A stretch of DNA of 32,000 bases from Vibrio vulnificus CMCP6 (lineage in GTDB: Bacteria; Pseudomonadota; Gammaproteobacteria; Enterobacterales; Vibrionaceae), in NCBI RefSeq assembly GCF_000039765.1, contig NC_004460.2:930001-962000 (forward strand), in the 5' to 3' direction. Shown piece after piece: positions 23,292 through 32,000 of this stretch; positions within the stretch are counted from its first letter, which is position 1; each line of letters starts with the position of its first letter. The position numbers and the translations under genes are program-made. The notes under the pieces are model-generated. The model did not search any database. It was not told where the DNA came from and was given only the letters and a program-made list of their open reading frames with translations.

Positions 23292-24116
23292 ATGGATCTT
23301 TCTGTGCGTATTTCTTCTTCTGAGTATCAAAAACTGAGCCAATGCATCGCCACATTGCACTCACCAAGTTTTAGCTCAACGCTGATCGCAATGTTAGCGG
23401 AAGTGGTCACGTTCGACTGCGCCATCATTTTAGGCCATCGTGACAACAAGCATCCCATTTATCTGTTTGACTCCATTCAGACACAACGAGAGCTGCTGTT
23501 TCAACGCTATTTGCTCCATTACTATCAACATGATCCGCTCTACGACCCCGTACTCGGTGCGGCGCAGCAAGGGGTTTTTCATCTTGCGCAGGTGATGAAG
23601 AAAGACACCAGCTCAACACTGGTGCCTCACGCCATCTACCAGCAAGAGTTTTACCAGCAAACCCAATGGCAAGACGAAGTAGCGATCATCATCACCCTCG
23701 ATGAACAACGCGCCATCGCCATCTATTTAGGCATTACGCAAGCAGAAAACGTCTTCCAAGCAACAGACATCAACGCACTGTCGCAACGCTTTGACACCAT
23801 CGCCTCCTTGTGCCGCCAACATTGGCTCAACGCTGATTTGTTGCTGGCAGAACATCAAACCGCGCAACCCAACGTCAGCCAGTGGGTGCGCAAAGCGATT
23901 GGCGATTTTGGTCAACAGCAACTCAGCCAACGAGAGCAAGAAATTGCGGCACTACTCATCCAAGGGCTTGATTCCAAAGAAATCGCCCAGCAGCTCGGCA
24001 TCACACTGGGCACCGTGAAAAACCATCGAAAACGCATCTACGCGCAGCTCAACGTCGCCTCACTCAGCGAACTGTTCCAGTTGTTTCTCAATCATTTGAT
24101 TGCTCTCAAAGCATAG
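23292..24116 (+). CDS. LuxR/FixJ-type HTH transcriptional regulator with an uncharacterised N-terminal sensor domain
   Basis: C-terminal GerE-type HTH LSQREQEIAALLIQGLDSKEIAQQLGITLGTVKNHRKRIYAQLNV. The N-terminal region of about 200 aa has no receiver-domain Asp pocket and no autoinducer-binding motif that I can recognise. I prefer the ATG at 23292 over the TTG at 23253. Confidence 0.8.
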   Translation: MDLSVRISSSEYQKLSQCIATLHSPSFSSTLIAMLAEVVTFDCAIILGHRDNKHPIYLFDSIQTQRELLFQRYLLHYYQHDPLYDPVLGAAQQGVFHLAQVMKKDTSSTLVPHAIYQQEFYQQTQWQDEVAIIITLDEQRAIAIYLGITQAENVFQATDINALSQRFDTIASLCRQHWLNADLLLAEHQTAQPNVSQWVRKAIGDFGQQQLSQREQEIAALLIQGLDSKEIAQQLGITLGTVKNHRKRIYAQLNVASLSELFQLFLNHLIALKA

Positions 24117-24218
24117 TTTTCCGATCTCGCTGGCTTAATCACCGCTTTTATCCCTTTAGGGATATCGTCATGATCTGGCCTGATCTTATACGCTGCCTGT
24201 CTAGATTTTGGAGGCAGC

Positions 24219-25487
24219 ATGAATTCACAATTACTCTTTGATGACTTGGCCCAGCGAGGGCTGATCGCGCAAACCACCGACCTTGAACAACTCATCGCGC
24301 TATTTCGCCAACCACAAACACTCTACTGTGGTTTTGACCCCACCGCGGGCAGCTTGCATATTGGTCATTTAGTGCCTTTGATTATGCTAAAACGCTTTCA
24401 AGATGCCGGGCATCAAGGGATCGCGCTCATCGGCGGCGCAACGGGCATGATTGGAGACCCAAGCTTTAAAGCCAGCGAAAGAAGCCTCAATAGCGCCGAA
24501 ACGGTTGCAGCCTGGGTGAACGCGTTAGCTACGCAAATTCAACAGTTGATGACACCGCATCTCACCCAACCACTCGTCATGGTGAATAATGCCGATTGGA
24601 TGCAATCCATTGGTGTGATTGCGTTTTTCCGCGATATTGGCAAACATTTTTCCGTCAATGCCATGATTCAGCGTGAATCGGTTAAACAGCGTTTGGCTCG
24701 CCCAGATCAAGGCATCTCTTTCACCGAGTTCAGCTATTCGCTGTTGCAATCTTACGACTTCGCTCAATTGAACCAAACGCACCAATGCGCATTGCAAATT
24801 GGCGGCAATGATCAGTGGGGCAACATCGTCAGCGGTATTGATTTAACGCGCCGCCTCAATGGCACTAACGTGCATGGTTTAACCTTGCCTTTGATCACCA
24901 AATCCGATGGCACAAAGTTTGGTAAAACCGAGGGCGGAGCGATCTGGCTTGATGCGGCGAAAACCTCACCCTACATGTTTTATCAATTTTGGCTCAACTG
25001 CGATGATGCGGACGTGTATCGCTTTCTTCGCTACTACACTTTCCTCTCTGTCGAGCAGATTGAGCAGCTTGAAGCCACCGATAAAGCGCAAGTAGGCAAA
25101 CCGAGCGCACAGAGAATTCTCGCCGAAGAAATGACGCGATTTGTACATGGGCAAGCAGGGCTTGAGAGTGCGCAGCGTATTTCACAGGCGTTATTTAGCG
25201 GCCAACTCAACCAACTGAATTTAGCCGAGCTCAAACAGCTTGAGCAAGATGGGCTGCCTTGTCGCCAATTGGCGCACGTGAGTGATGTGGTTACCTTGCT
25301 CTTAGAGACAGGTTTGGCGAGCTCAAAGCGTCAAGCTCGTGAATGGCTGGAAAATGGGGCGATTCGTATTAACGGCGAGCGCTGGCATGAACTGACTTTA
25401 GCGCAGACATTTGCTTTGTATGATCAATATTACATTGTGCAAAGAGGCAAAAAGCAGTTTGCGATGGTGAAACTCGCGCAAGTGTAA
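24219..25487 (+). CDS. tyrS: Tyrosine--tRNA ligase
   Basis: 422 aa, colinear with E. coli TyrS as I recall it. HIGH motif ([10 protein letters not shown]), KMSKS-equivalent KFGKT, and a C-terminal S4-like domain. SD GGAGG lies upstream. Confidence 0.95.
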   Translation: MNSQLLFDDLAQRGLIAQTTDLEQLIALFRQPQTLYCGFDPTAGSLHIGHLVPLIMLKRFQDAGHQGIALIGGATGMIGDPSFKASERSLNSAETVAAWVNALATQIQQLMTPHLTQPLVMVNNADWMQSIGVIAFFRDIGKHFSVNAMIQRESVKQRLARPDQGISFTEFSYSLLQSYDFAQLNQTHQCALQIGGNDQWGNIVSGIDLTRRLNGTNVHGLTLPLITKSDGTKFGKTEGGAIWLDAAKTSPYMFYQFWLNCDDADVYRFLRYYTFLSVEQIEQLEATDKAQVGKPSAQRILAEEMTRFVHGQAGLESAQRISQALFSGQLNQLNLAELKQLEQDGLPCRQLAHVSDVVTLLLETGLASSKRQAREWLENGAIRINGERWHELTLAQTFALYDQYYIVQRGKKQFAMVKLAQV

Positions 25488-25503
25488 GAGTAACGGCGCA
25501 ATG

Positions 25504-25530
25504 AATAAGCCAGCGAAATGCTGGCTTATT
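25504..25530. terminator. Bidirectional rho-independent terminator between tyrS and the oxidoreductase gene
   Basis: AATAAGCCAGC (25504-25514), loop GAAAT, GCTGGCTTATT (25520-25530). Confidence 0.75.
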
Positions 25531-25545
25531 GATAAAATCGCGCCA

Positions 25546-26586
25546 TCACCAATCCACTGAAAGCGTTTGCCCTGTACGACTGCTTTCCAGTGCTAACTCA
25601 ATCAAGGCAATGTTATCAAGCGCATCTCGCGCTGGTACAGGATTGGCCGCACCAAGTCGGATCGCATCCGCCACGCCCTTAAAGTAGTGCTGATAGCCCC
25701 CCAATTCTGTGACTACCGTTTCCGTCTCCGATTCACGATACATTCGGCCATAGTTCTCGGGTTCTTCGCGCGCCCAGCTCTCCTCTTTCGGCTGGATACC
25801 CTGTTTCAAATAGCCTTCCTGCGGATCCAACCCATACTTTTCGTATTTCGCCAACGAGCCTAGCACACGAAAACGTAAGTTAGGCTCCGGGCTGTATAGG
25901 TTGGAATGCAAATGCACCAAGTGGTCAGGATAATGGAGAATCAAATTGTAGTAATCGATGGTTTGGCCTTGTGGGCGCATGATTCGACATTGCGCATTGA
26001 TCGCTTGCGGCAAGCCAAACAGCGCGAGTGTTTGATCAAGTAGATGCGGCGCCAAGTCATACAAAATGCCGCCTCCTTCTTGAGCCAATTCACGCCAGCG
26101 CTGGCGCACTTCAGGACGGTAACGGTCAAAATGCGACTCAAACAATTTCACCTCACCCAATTGCCCCGTTTCAATCAGCTTCTTCACCGTCAGGAAATCG
26201 CCATCCCAGCGACGATTATGGAAGACACTCAACACCCGCCCTTGCAGCTCTGCCAGTGCAATCAGCGCCGCGCCATCTTCTTTACGCGTCACAAATGGCT
26301 TTTCCACGATCACATGTTTGCCTTGCTCTAGGGCATATTTTGCCAATGGGAAATGCACATCATTTGGCGCGGTGATGATCACCAGTTCCGCATCACTTTG
26401 ATCCAGCATTTGGTAAGCATCGCCATACCACTCTGCTTGCGGAAAATCGGCTAACACAGCCGATTGCTGGCTCGAGCTAATCGCGCACAGCTCTAACTCA
26501 GGCAGGGCGTCAATAAAAGGTAGGTGAAAGGTTTTCGCTGAAAAACCATAGCCGATGACGGCCGTTTTCACGGGAGTATAAGGCAT
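25546..26586 (-). CDS. Gfo/Idh/MocA-family NAD(P)-dependent oxidoreductase (YdgJ-like)
   Basis: Rossmann N-terminus VKTAVIGYGFSAKTFHLPFI, the EKP motif (VIVEKPF), and a C-terminal alpha/beta domain. The start is uncertain: 26586 is preferred by alignment logic, with 26610 or 26622 also possible. Confidence 0.8.
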   Translation of the reverse strand: MPYTPVKTAVIGYGFSAKTFHLPFIDALPELELCAISSSQQSAVLADFPQAEWYGDAYQMLDQSDAELVIITAPNDVHFPLAKYALEQGKHVIVEKPFVTRKEDGAALIALAELQGRVLSVFHNRRWDGDFLTVKKLIETGQLGEVKLFESHFDRYRPEVRQRWRELAQEGGGILYDLAPHLLDQTLALFGLPQAINAQCRIMRPQGQTIDYYNLILHYPDHLVHLHSNLYSPEPNLRFRVLGSLAKYEKYGLDPQEGYLKQGIQPKEESWAREEPENYGRMYRESETETVVTELGGYQHYFKGVADAIRLGAANPVPARDALDNIALIELALESSRTGQTLSVDW

Positions 26587-26705
26587 GAAAGAGCTCTCTG
26601 TGACGTTCATTGAGAGGCTCACTTTAGCGCGACATCTTCCCTTTGACGACTACTTTAACCACCTGCGTACACTCCGAGCACTCGGGCTCGGAGTGTCTCT
26701 CAGGT

Positions 26706-27929
26706 TTAAAAGCTGACGCTCAGACCAACAAAGTGGATACGCCCTTCAAACGTGCCATTAATGCCCACATCCTGATTCGCTATTTTCCGCGTCGCGATGT
26801 CCACTTCCCCTAAGTCGGCATACTCATAGTAAACATCAAGGACATAGCTGTCCCACTGCGTCGTGGCGCCAACAGAGTAACGATATTGCTGACCAACGGG
26901 CAGATCCACCCATTGCTTGCTAGGGTCATCTTGTGGCGACGTTTCGTACGAGAAGCCTGCTTTTAAGCGCCAATCCGCATTGAGTTGGTAATCCGTCGCA
27001 ACGGCAAATTTCCACACATCCTCCCACTGACGATCTATCGAATTCAGACCGAGAGGATTTGAATCTAAACGGCCAAAATCAAACACCGTCGTATCCCATT
27101 CACTCCAGCGGTGTAATTGGATAGAAGCAAGTAACTTGAGCTTCGGATTCACTGCGTAGCTGCTACTCACATCCACAATCGCGGGTACAACCAGATCCGT
27201 GCCTACAGGAAGCGCACGTTGCCCACCACTAAGCTCCGTTGAAAACTCATGATTCACTTTGGAGCGAAAACTTACACCCAGATCCCATTGCTCATCAAAC
27301 TGATACATCACGCCAGCATTAAAGCCATACGCCCAATCAGAAGACTGCTCAAGCCGTCGCGCATTCGCCATGCCCATTTCCAGAGAAGCCCAGCTGATTT
27401 GTGCACCGATCCCCCAAGAAAGCTGGTCAGTTACTCTAAAACCCAGAGCCGGGTTGATTTGCACTGCCGCCAACGCAATGTCGGTCATCAGTGCGGCACC
27501 TTGCCACTCAGAACCGTAATCTAGGCTGGAACCGCCCACCGTACCCAACGCAATGCCAAAGTGCACGTCTTCATTGAGTTGACGAACATGAAACAGGCCA
27601 ACAGAAGGCATCAAAGACGCAGCTTGCCCATGGCCCACACCCGATTGATCGTGATAGTCCATTTTCAAGTCAAACGCCGTGGCATTCACTGTCGTCAACG
27701 TCTCACCCATCCACGGCATTGTCGCTGGGTTTGCCCACATTGCCGCCGCCGATTGTGTATACACACCATCGCCCGCTCCCACCGTTCCTGCGTTAGCAAT
27801 CACGGCCTCTTGCAGAAAAATACCACTGGCACTGGCGTGAGCGGAGGCCAACAGAGAGAGGCTGAATAGTGTTCGTTTGAGGCTCAAAGAAGAAAGACAA
27901 AAGGTGTTCAAAGACGCAAACGAGGGCAT
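26706..27929 (-). CDS. FadL/TodX-family outer-membrane transporter for hydrophobic compounds
   Basis: Signal-like LKRTLFSLSLLASAHASA|SG. The N-terminal hatch-like GIFLQEAVIANAGTVGAGDG is followed by a long beta-strand-rich sequence ending in a C-terminal F (GLSVSF). The start could be 27929 or 27977. Confidence 0.85.
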   Translation of the reverse strand: MPSFASLNTFCLSSLSLKRTLFSLSLLASAHASASGIFLQEAVIANAGTVGAGDGVYTQSAAAMWANPATMPWMGETLTTVNATAFDLKMDYHDQSGVGHGQAASLMPSVGLFHVRQLNEDVHFGIALGTVGGSSLDYGSEWQGAALMTDIALAAVQINPALGFRVTDQLSWGIGAQISWASLEMGMANARRLEQSSDWAYGFNAGVMYQFDEQWDLGVSFRSKVNHEFSTELSGGQRALPVGTDLVVPAIVDVSSSYAVNPKLKLLASIQLHRWSEWDTTVFDFGRLDSNPLGLNSIDRQWEDVWKFAVATDYQLNADWRLKAGFSYETSPQDDPSKQWVDLPVGQQYRYSVGATTQWDSYVLDVYYEYADLGEVDIATRKIANQDVGINGTFEGRIHFVGLSVSF

Positions 27930-28233
27930 GTCTAGCCGACGAGCGCTATGAGGTACAAAAGCGTTTAGTGTTTTCATAAAGAAGCTCTTTCTTAAAATAG
28001 CGAGATACTCAAATCCCGTTCAGAGGCAGAATTCAAATTTGTACTATTTTAACTGAGTTAATTTTCCAAATTGGAATAATGTTTATTCCTAAACTGCTAT
28101 TGACGCGAAATTAATTAATAATAATGAGTGACTTATAAATAGTAAAATAAATCGCAATCAAACACCTGACAGAAATAAAACACATCTCTGGATACAAAAG
28201 GTTATTCTAGCCATCCTAGTGAATTAGAAGACA

Positions 28234-29064
28234 ATGCCAATGAATAATTTAAATAACCTACATGTATTTTTGTTATTAATGCAAACTCGTTCGACACAAC
28301 GCTGCGCGGCAAAACTGGGACGTTCACAATCTTACGTTTCAAAAGTTTTGGCGCAGTTGAGAGAAGAGTTGGCCGATCCACTGTTTCTACGGGAAAGTTC
28401 AGGGTTAGTACCCACTGACTATGCAAACGCCATAGAACCTAAGATTCGTATCGCCTTGGAACAAATCGACTCTGCACTCGTTCCACAGCAGTTTGATCCT
28501 TCTCAGCTTGATAAAGTCACCTTACACATTGTTGAACCTTATTTGATTCAGATCGGCAAAGCACTCATTGAAGCGATTCGAGCCGAGACCAAGGCCAAAA
28601 TAGAAATTAGACAATGGGGAGAGCACAGCGAGTCTCTTATTCTAAATGAGAGTGTCGATGTTGGCTTGCACATTATTAATGATAAGCCTCAAGCGTTCTA
28701 TCAAAAAAGAATACACTCTGGTGCAGGATATTTTGAAGGCAATAAAGAGGGCGAGTATGTGAAATTTATTGTTTCAGGAGTAAACGAATACAGTGATCAT
28801 TTTAAAACGCTCGAACCCGAGACGAATGTTGGCATTATTGTTGATAGCCACGCACTTATGATGCAGTTAATGGAAGATTGTTATACCTTGCGTTATGAAC
28901 CACATTTTTCTTCTACCAAACAGACAAGATTGAATATTGATGTCGCACTCATTACGAAAGCCTCTCTTCGCCATGCGGCAAAACAAAAATGGCTCACTGA
29001 TCTCATTATTTCAGTGGTGGAACACAATATTAAAACGCGCTGGAGCGATAAACATCACGCGTAA
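28234..29064 (+). CDS. LysR-family transcriptional regulator (divergent from the FadL-family gene)
   Basis: N-terminal wHTH LNNLHVFLLLMQTRSTQRCAAKLGRSQSYVSKVLAQLREELADPLFLR. At 276 aa it is somewhat short and divergent in the effector domain. Confidence 0.8.
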   Translation: MPMNNLNNLHVFLLLMQTRSTQRCAAKLGRSQSYVSKVLAQLREELADPLFLRESSGLVPTDYANAIEPKIRIALEQIDSALVPQQFDPSQLDKVTLHIVEPYLIQIGKALIEAIRAETKAKIEIRQWGEHSESLILNESVDVGLHIINDKPQAFYQKRIHSGAGYFEGNKEGEYVKFIVSGVNEYSDHFKTLEPETNVGIIVDSHALMMQLMEDCYTLRYEPHFSSTKQTRLNIDVALITKASLRHAAKQKWLTDLIISVVEHNIKTRWSDKHHA

Positions 29065-29149
29065 TCACAAACCAATGCAAGCTCACGGTTTAAACCTTTC
29101 ATTTCCTCTTTTCAAACCGGATTGCAAACACATTGGTGAAACACAAAAC

Positions 29150-29179
29150 AAGGCCATGCGCATTTAAGCCCATGGCCTT
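29150..29179. terminator. Stem-loop between the convergent LysR and MFP genes (possible bidirectional terminator)
   Basis: AAGGCCATG (29150-29158), 12-nt loop, CATGGCCTT (29171-29179). The U-tract is poor, hence the low confidence. Confidence 0.4.
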
Positions 29180-29242
29180 GACTTTAACCACCCACACTCA
29201 CTCATTATTACGAAAGCTAAATGGCCATACCAAACGAGGCAC

Positions 29243-30274
29243 TTACATCGCCGACAAATAGGATTTATACGCTTTCAAGCGAACTGTCGCCGCACCAATG
29301 ATGTCCATAAAACCCAATAACGGATGAGGCTTGTTCGCCGAAACCCACCCAGCCCCAGTCGCGCCAATCGGTACGTTGTAACCTTCAGGTTCGATAAACT
29401 CAATAATAATGGTGCGACCATGCGAGCCCATGTTGTTGCCAACATGCTGACGAACATGCTGCGAACCGTTGATCACCGACACCGCCGCTTCACCCGTGCC
29501 AGTGGTTACGCTGTGAACTCGACCACGGAAAATTTCCCCCGGATAGGCATCCACATAGAACTCGGCAAATTGACCGACTTCAATCCCCCTAAAGGTCTGA
29601 TCGGCAATACGCATTTCGACAAACTTCTTGCTGGTGTCATAAAGATGCATGTTGCCTAAGCGCGTACCATTGACGATGTTGGTGATAGAGAGTTGACCAT
29701 CAAACGGCGCACGGATCTCGCGGCGGTCATTTTGCCACGTTGCAGTGGCGATTTGTGCTTCGATATTGAGGATTTGCGCATGCACAGAGGCAATTTTGGC
29801 TTCGGTCGATTCAATGCGCGTGCGCACATCGTCTCGTTGAAATTCCTGAGCATAGTCATTCAGCTTCTCTAATCGAGCGAGATTTTTCTTATCATTTTCA
29901 ATCTGATAAGTAAGCGCTAGAATTTCCGCTTGTGCCGCCTTCTTCTGCGCTTGCAACCCATTCATCTGAGACTCGGTGTCTTCTGTTCGTAAGGTGTAAA
30001 TCAAGTCTCCCTTTTTCACCATTTGGTTATGATCGACAAACACCTGCTCCACCTCTTGACCAATCAGCGGACTTAACACCGCATGAGGCGCCTTCACGGT
30101 GGTACTGTTGGTTAGGTCCGCCGGAGACCAAAAGCGATGCGCCGTAAACAAGGCTAAGGCAATCAATACCCCTGTGCCAACAATGATTACCGCATTCCTT
30201 AATGTCCACTTAACCAGCCCTGTTTTTACCAACAACCAGCAGATGAACACATAAGGCAACATGATTTCTTTCAT
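29243..30274 (-). CDS. HlyD-family membrane-fusion (periplasmic adaptor) protein, YibH/AaeA-like
   Basis: 343 aa. It has an N-terminal TM anchor, a lipoyl-like segment (QMVKKGDLIYTL), a coiled-coil hairpin (QAQKKAAQAEILALTYQIENDKKNLARLEKL...) and a beta-barrel domain. Strong SD TAAGGAG lies upstream. Confidence 0.85.
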   Translation of the reverse strand: MKEIMLPYVFICWLLVKTGLVKWTLRNAVIIVGTGVLIALALFTAHRFWSPADLTNSTTVKAPHAVLSPLIGQEVEQVFVDHNQMVKKGDLIYTLRTEDTESQMNGLQAQKKAAQAEILALTYQIENDKKNLARLEKLNDYAQEFQRDDVRTRIESTEAKIASVHAQILNIEAQIATATWQNDRREIRAPFDGQLSITNIVNGTRLGNMHLYDTSKKFVEMRIADQTFRGIEVGQFAEFYVDAYPGEIFRGRVHSVTTGTGEAAVSVINGSQHVRQHVGNNMGSHGRTIIIEFIEPEGYNVPIGATGAGWVSANKPHPLLGFMDIIGAATVRLKAYKSYLSAM

Positions 30275-30277
30275 CGC

Positions 30278-30784
30278 TTACTCCTTAACGCTGGTGCGGG
30301 GCTGGACGCCATTACGAATGATATTAGAGAGCTCTTTGGCCAACACATCCCAACGTGCAAACGCAATAATGATCGCCAACACCCACCACGCTTTATCGAC
30401 AAACAACCCGCACAGTGATAACGCAAAGACCAGTTGCGTGTGCGCACTCGACATTTCAGAGGCTCGATGAACAGCCACTTCGTGTAAACGCCAAAAAAGA
30501 TAAACCACATAGATAAGGACGGCGACGGTGACAAAGAAAATGAATCCCATAAAGATCTCAGAATCCAACAGGCGCAATATGCTCGGATAGCCATGAGAAA
30601 AATAGCTTTCAGGCAAGTCTTTACCGTGAATGGCCCCCAATTTGGATAGCGCAAGTGACGAGCCGACTAACGTGCCAATCACCAATAGGGCTTTAAAAAT
30701 AAACCGTAGGGTGCCCATAACGAACCTTGTTATTTTGCTGCCTAGACCTTCCTTTGGCGCTAGGGTTTCTGCAGAGGTAGACAT
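30278..30784 (-). CDS. Small inner-membrane protein, DUF3302/YibI-like, first gene of the MFP operon
   Basis: 168 aa with three or more hydrophobic spans. The segment FVTVAVLIYVVYLFWRLHEVAVHRASEMSSAHTQLVFALSLCGLF resembles the YibI pattern (LHDIP...HPHADAI...) as I recall it. The gene ends 3 nt before the MFP start. The family assignment is tentative. Confidence 0.55.
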   Translation of the reverse strand: MSTSAETLAPKEGLGSKITRFVMGTLRFIFKALLVIGTLVGSSLALSKLGAIHGKDLPESYFSHGYPSILRLLDSEIFMGFIFFVTVAVLIYVVYLFWRLHEVAVHRASEMSSAHTQLVFALSLCGLFVDKAWWVLAIIIAFARWDVLAKELSNIIRNGVQPRTSVKE

Positions 30785-30914
30785 GATGTAGAGCCTTGTT
30801 TTATTGGTATATTGAGCGGCACATTTTACAAAACTCGCCCAGTCAATTCGGAATTTTCGCTATTCCAAACCTTGGGCGTTTTTTGCACTTTTCTTGATTT
30901 AACGTCAGGAAGTG

Positions 30915-30943
30915 AAAAATCCCTCAACCGAAGTTGAGGGATT
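30915..30943 (-). terminator. Rho-independent terminator of the sulfatase gene
   Basis: On the minus strand, AATCCCTCAAC - TTCG - GTTGAGGGATT is followed by TTTT. It begins about 15 nt after the stop at 30959. Confidence 0.7.
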
Positions 30944-30958
30944 AGGGGTTAGCACTTT

Positions 30959-32000
30959 CTATGCTTTTTTATTCGGCATTGGAAGAATCTCAAACAAGCC
31001 ATCAAACTCATCTAAACATTCCGACAGTGCTTTTATCAGTTGGGCATCCCCTTTCAGGTTTGCCTTTCCTTCTTTCACTAGCTTATCTAACGTTGTTTTA
31101 CCTAGTACAATTTGCGTTAAGTCGCTCTTACTGATGCTTAGAGTCACATCGGTATTCGGTAACTTATCCACTTGAATATTGGCCATGTTCGCGTTGGACA
31201 CTTCACCGTAGTAATGCTCTTTCAGCTCTGGATGTGATACACCAAAGCGGAAATCCAGCCCCGCTTGCTCTGCTTTCGTCGCGTTGAGCTTCACCGCTAA
31301 GAAATCAAGGAACATACCCGTTGGGGTGTTGGCAATCACATCGGCCGATGCTGCTTTGATCGATGGACGAATTTCTCCGGTTCTCAACTCAACCGCGCCT
31401 TGCAGATACGAGTTGCGCCACGCCATAGTTTCCGACTGGTAGCCTTGCTGTTCAAAGCTGTCAGCTAACGCAAAACGGTATTGGATATTGTTCGGGTCAC
31501 ACTGAACCAAGTCGTTAAATAGCTGCGATGCTTGCTGATATTCCCCTTTGGCGAAGTGTGTTTGCCCCGCTTTGTATAGCGTTTGTGCGCCAGCGGCTTC
31601 GACGTAAACGCACGATTTATCCTGAGTCGCCAGTGGGTTCGTGTTCACCGGGTTCATATCGTGATAGCCAAGATACAAGTTCACCACAGCTCGAGCGTTA
31701 TGGCTGTAGGAGCCATGGTAACCATTGGTGTGCCAGGTTTCTTTTTGCGTTTGAGGCACAATTTTCTCAATCTCACGGCCCACATCGTGAATGGTCACGC
31801 CATGATTTGCTAAGCGCATCGACTGGTTATGAATAAACCCATAGTTGTCGCGCTGCAGGGTCATGTATTGTGAAATCTCATTCACTTCAGTGTGCGGATC
31901 ATTCCACACTGGCGCTGAGTGCGCGGCGTGAATGTTGTCCACCAAACCGCTGTCGACAAAACGCAGTTTCAGCTCGGTGAGGTATTTGGTCCACGCCAAG
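30959..32000 (-). CDS. Alkyl/aryl-sulfatase (SdsA1/YjcS/BDS1-type), C-terminal part; N-terminal MBL domain lies beyond the window
   Basis: The frame is open to the window edge. The translation shows the end of the metallo-beta-lactamase region, then the TPR-like dimerisation domain (AKGEYQQASQLFNDLVQCDPNN...ALADSFEQQGYQSE...WRNSYL) and the SCP2-like C-terminal domain (MFLDFLAVKLNATKAE...LKGDAQLIKALSECLDEFD). Confidence 0.85.
   Translation of the reverse strand, partial: LAWTKYLTELKLRFVDSGLVDNIHAAHSAPVWNDPHTEVNEISQYMTLQRDNYGFIHNQSMRLANHGVTIHDVGREIEKIVPQTQKETWHTNGYHGSYSHNARAVVNLYLGYHDMNPVNTNPLATQDKSCVYVEAAGAQTLYKAGQTHFAKGEYQQASQLFNDLVQCDPNNIQYRFALADSFEQQGYQSETMAWRNSYLQGAVELRTGEIRPSIKAASADVIANTPTGMFLDFLAVKLNATKAEQAGLDFRFGVSHPELKEHYYGEVSNANMANIQVDKLPNTDVTLSISKSDLTQIVLGKTTLDKLVKEGKANLKGDAQLIKALSECLDEFDGLFEILPMPNKKA

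Noticed and set aside
1-32000. Searched by eye for superintegron VCR repeats, parS2-like TTTACA-N-TGTAAA sites, IS or transposase genes, integrases, toxin-antitoxin pairs, tRNA or rRNA genes, and GEMM-I, yybP-ykoY or M-box riboswitch cores
   Set aside because: I recognised none. Isolated TGTAAA and TTTACA hexamers (for example near 15203, 20268 and 30826) lack the partner half-site. A covariance-model scan would be needed to exclude RNA elements rigorously.

Overview
This 32 kb window looks like gamma-proteobacterial, Vibrio-like chromosomal DNA. The gene content resembles the V. cholerae small chromosome, but I cannot verify species without a database search. It is densely coding. I call 25 protein genes, two of them truncated at the window edges, and found no rRNA, tRNA, CRISPR array, integron repeat or transposase.

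Genes in order:
- ABC-F ATPase (5' part only)
- small 8-strand-type outer-membrane barrel
- NOX/FRE-type bis-haem flavocytochrome
- LacI-family repressor, divergent from an ascorbate-family PTS EIIA-EIIB-EIIC operon
- stand-alone peptide deformylase
- 1245-aa secreted StcE/TagA-like M66 metalloprotease
- YtfL/PaeA-like DUF21-CBS-CorC membrane protein
- GNAT acetyltransferase
- aldehyde dehydrogenase, divergent from an AcoR-like sigma-54 activator
- periplasmic sugar-binding-fold protein translationally coupled to a PAS-PAS-GGDEF diguanylate cyclase
- GST, divergent from a LysR regulator
- PhzF-family isomerase
- LuxR-type regulator
- tyrS
- Gfo/Idh/MocA oxidoreductase
- FadL-family porin, divergent from a second LysR regulator
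- DUF3302-like protein plus HlyD-type membrane-fusion protein, with no pump gene
- 3' part of an alkyl/aryl-sulfatase

I found no obvious defence island or unannotated multi-gene block. The points most worth follow-up are:
1. A perfect heptanucleotide array, (GGGACTA)3(GGGGCTA)7, which is a G-quadruplex-type VNTR upstream of the binding-protein/cyclase operon.
2. That binding-protein-plus-cyclase pair, as a possible LuxP/LuxQ- or NspS/MbaA-style ligand-to-c-di-GMP module.
3. The bacterial NADPH-oxidase-like flavocytochrome, which carries all the canonical NOX motifs.
4. Three tightly packed LacI-type operators in front of a PTS transporter that has no catabolic genes.
5. A triple C-terminal repeat module in the M66 protease.
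6. The pump-less membrane-fusion protein pair.

All functional calls come from reading motifs in the supplied translations. No similarity search or HMM was run.
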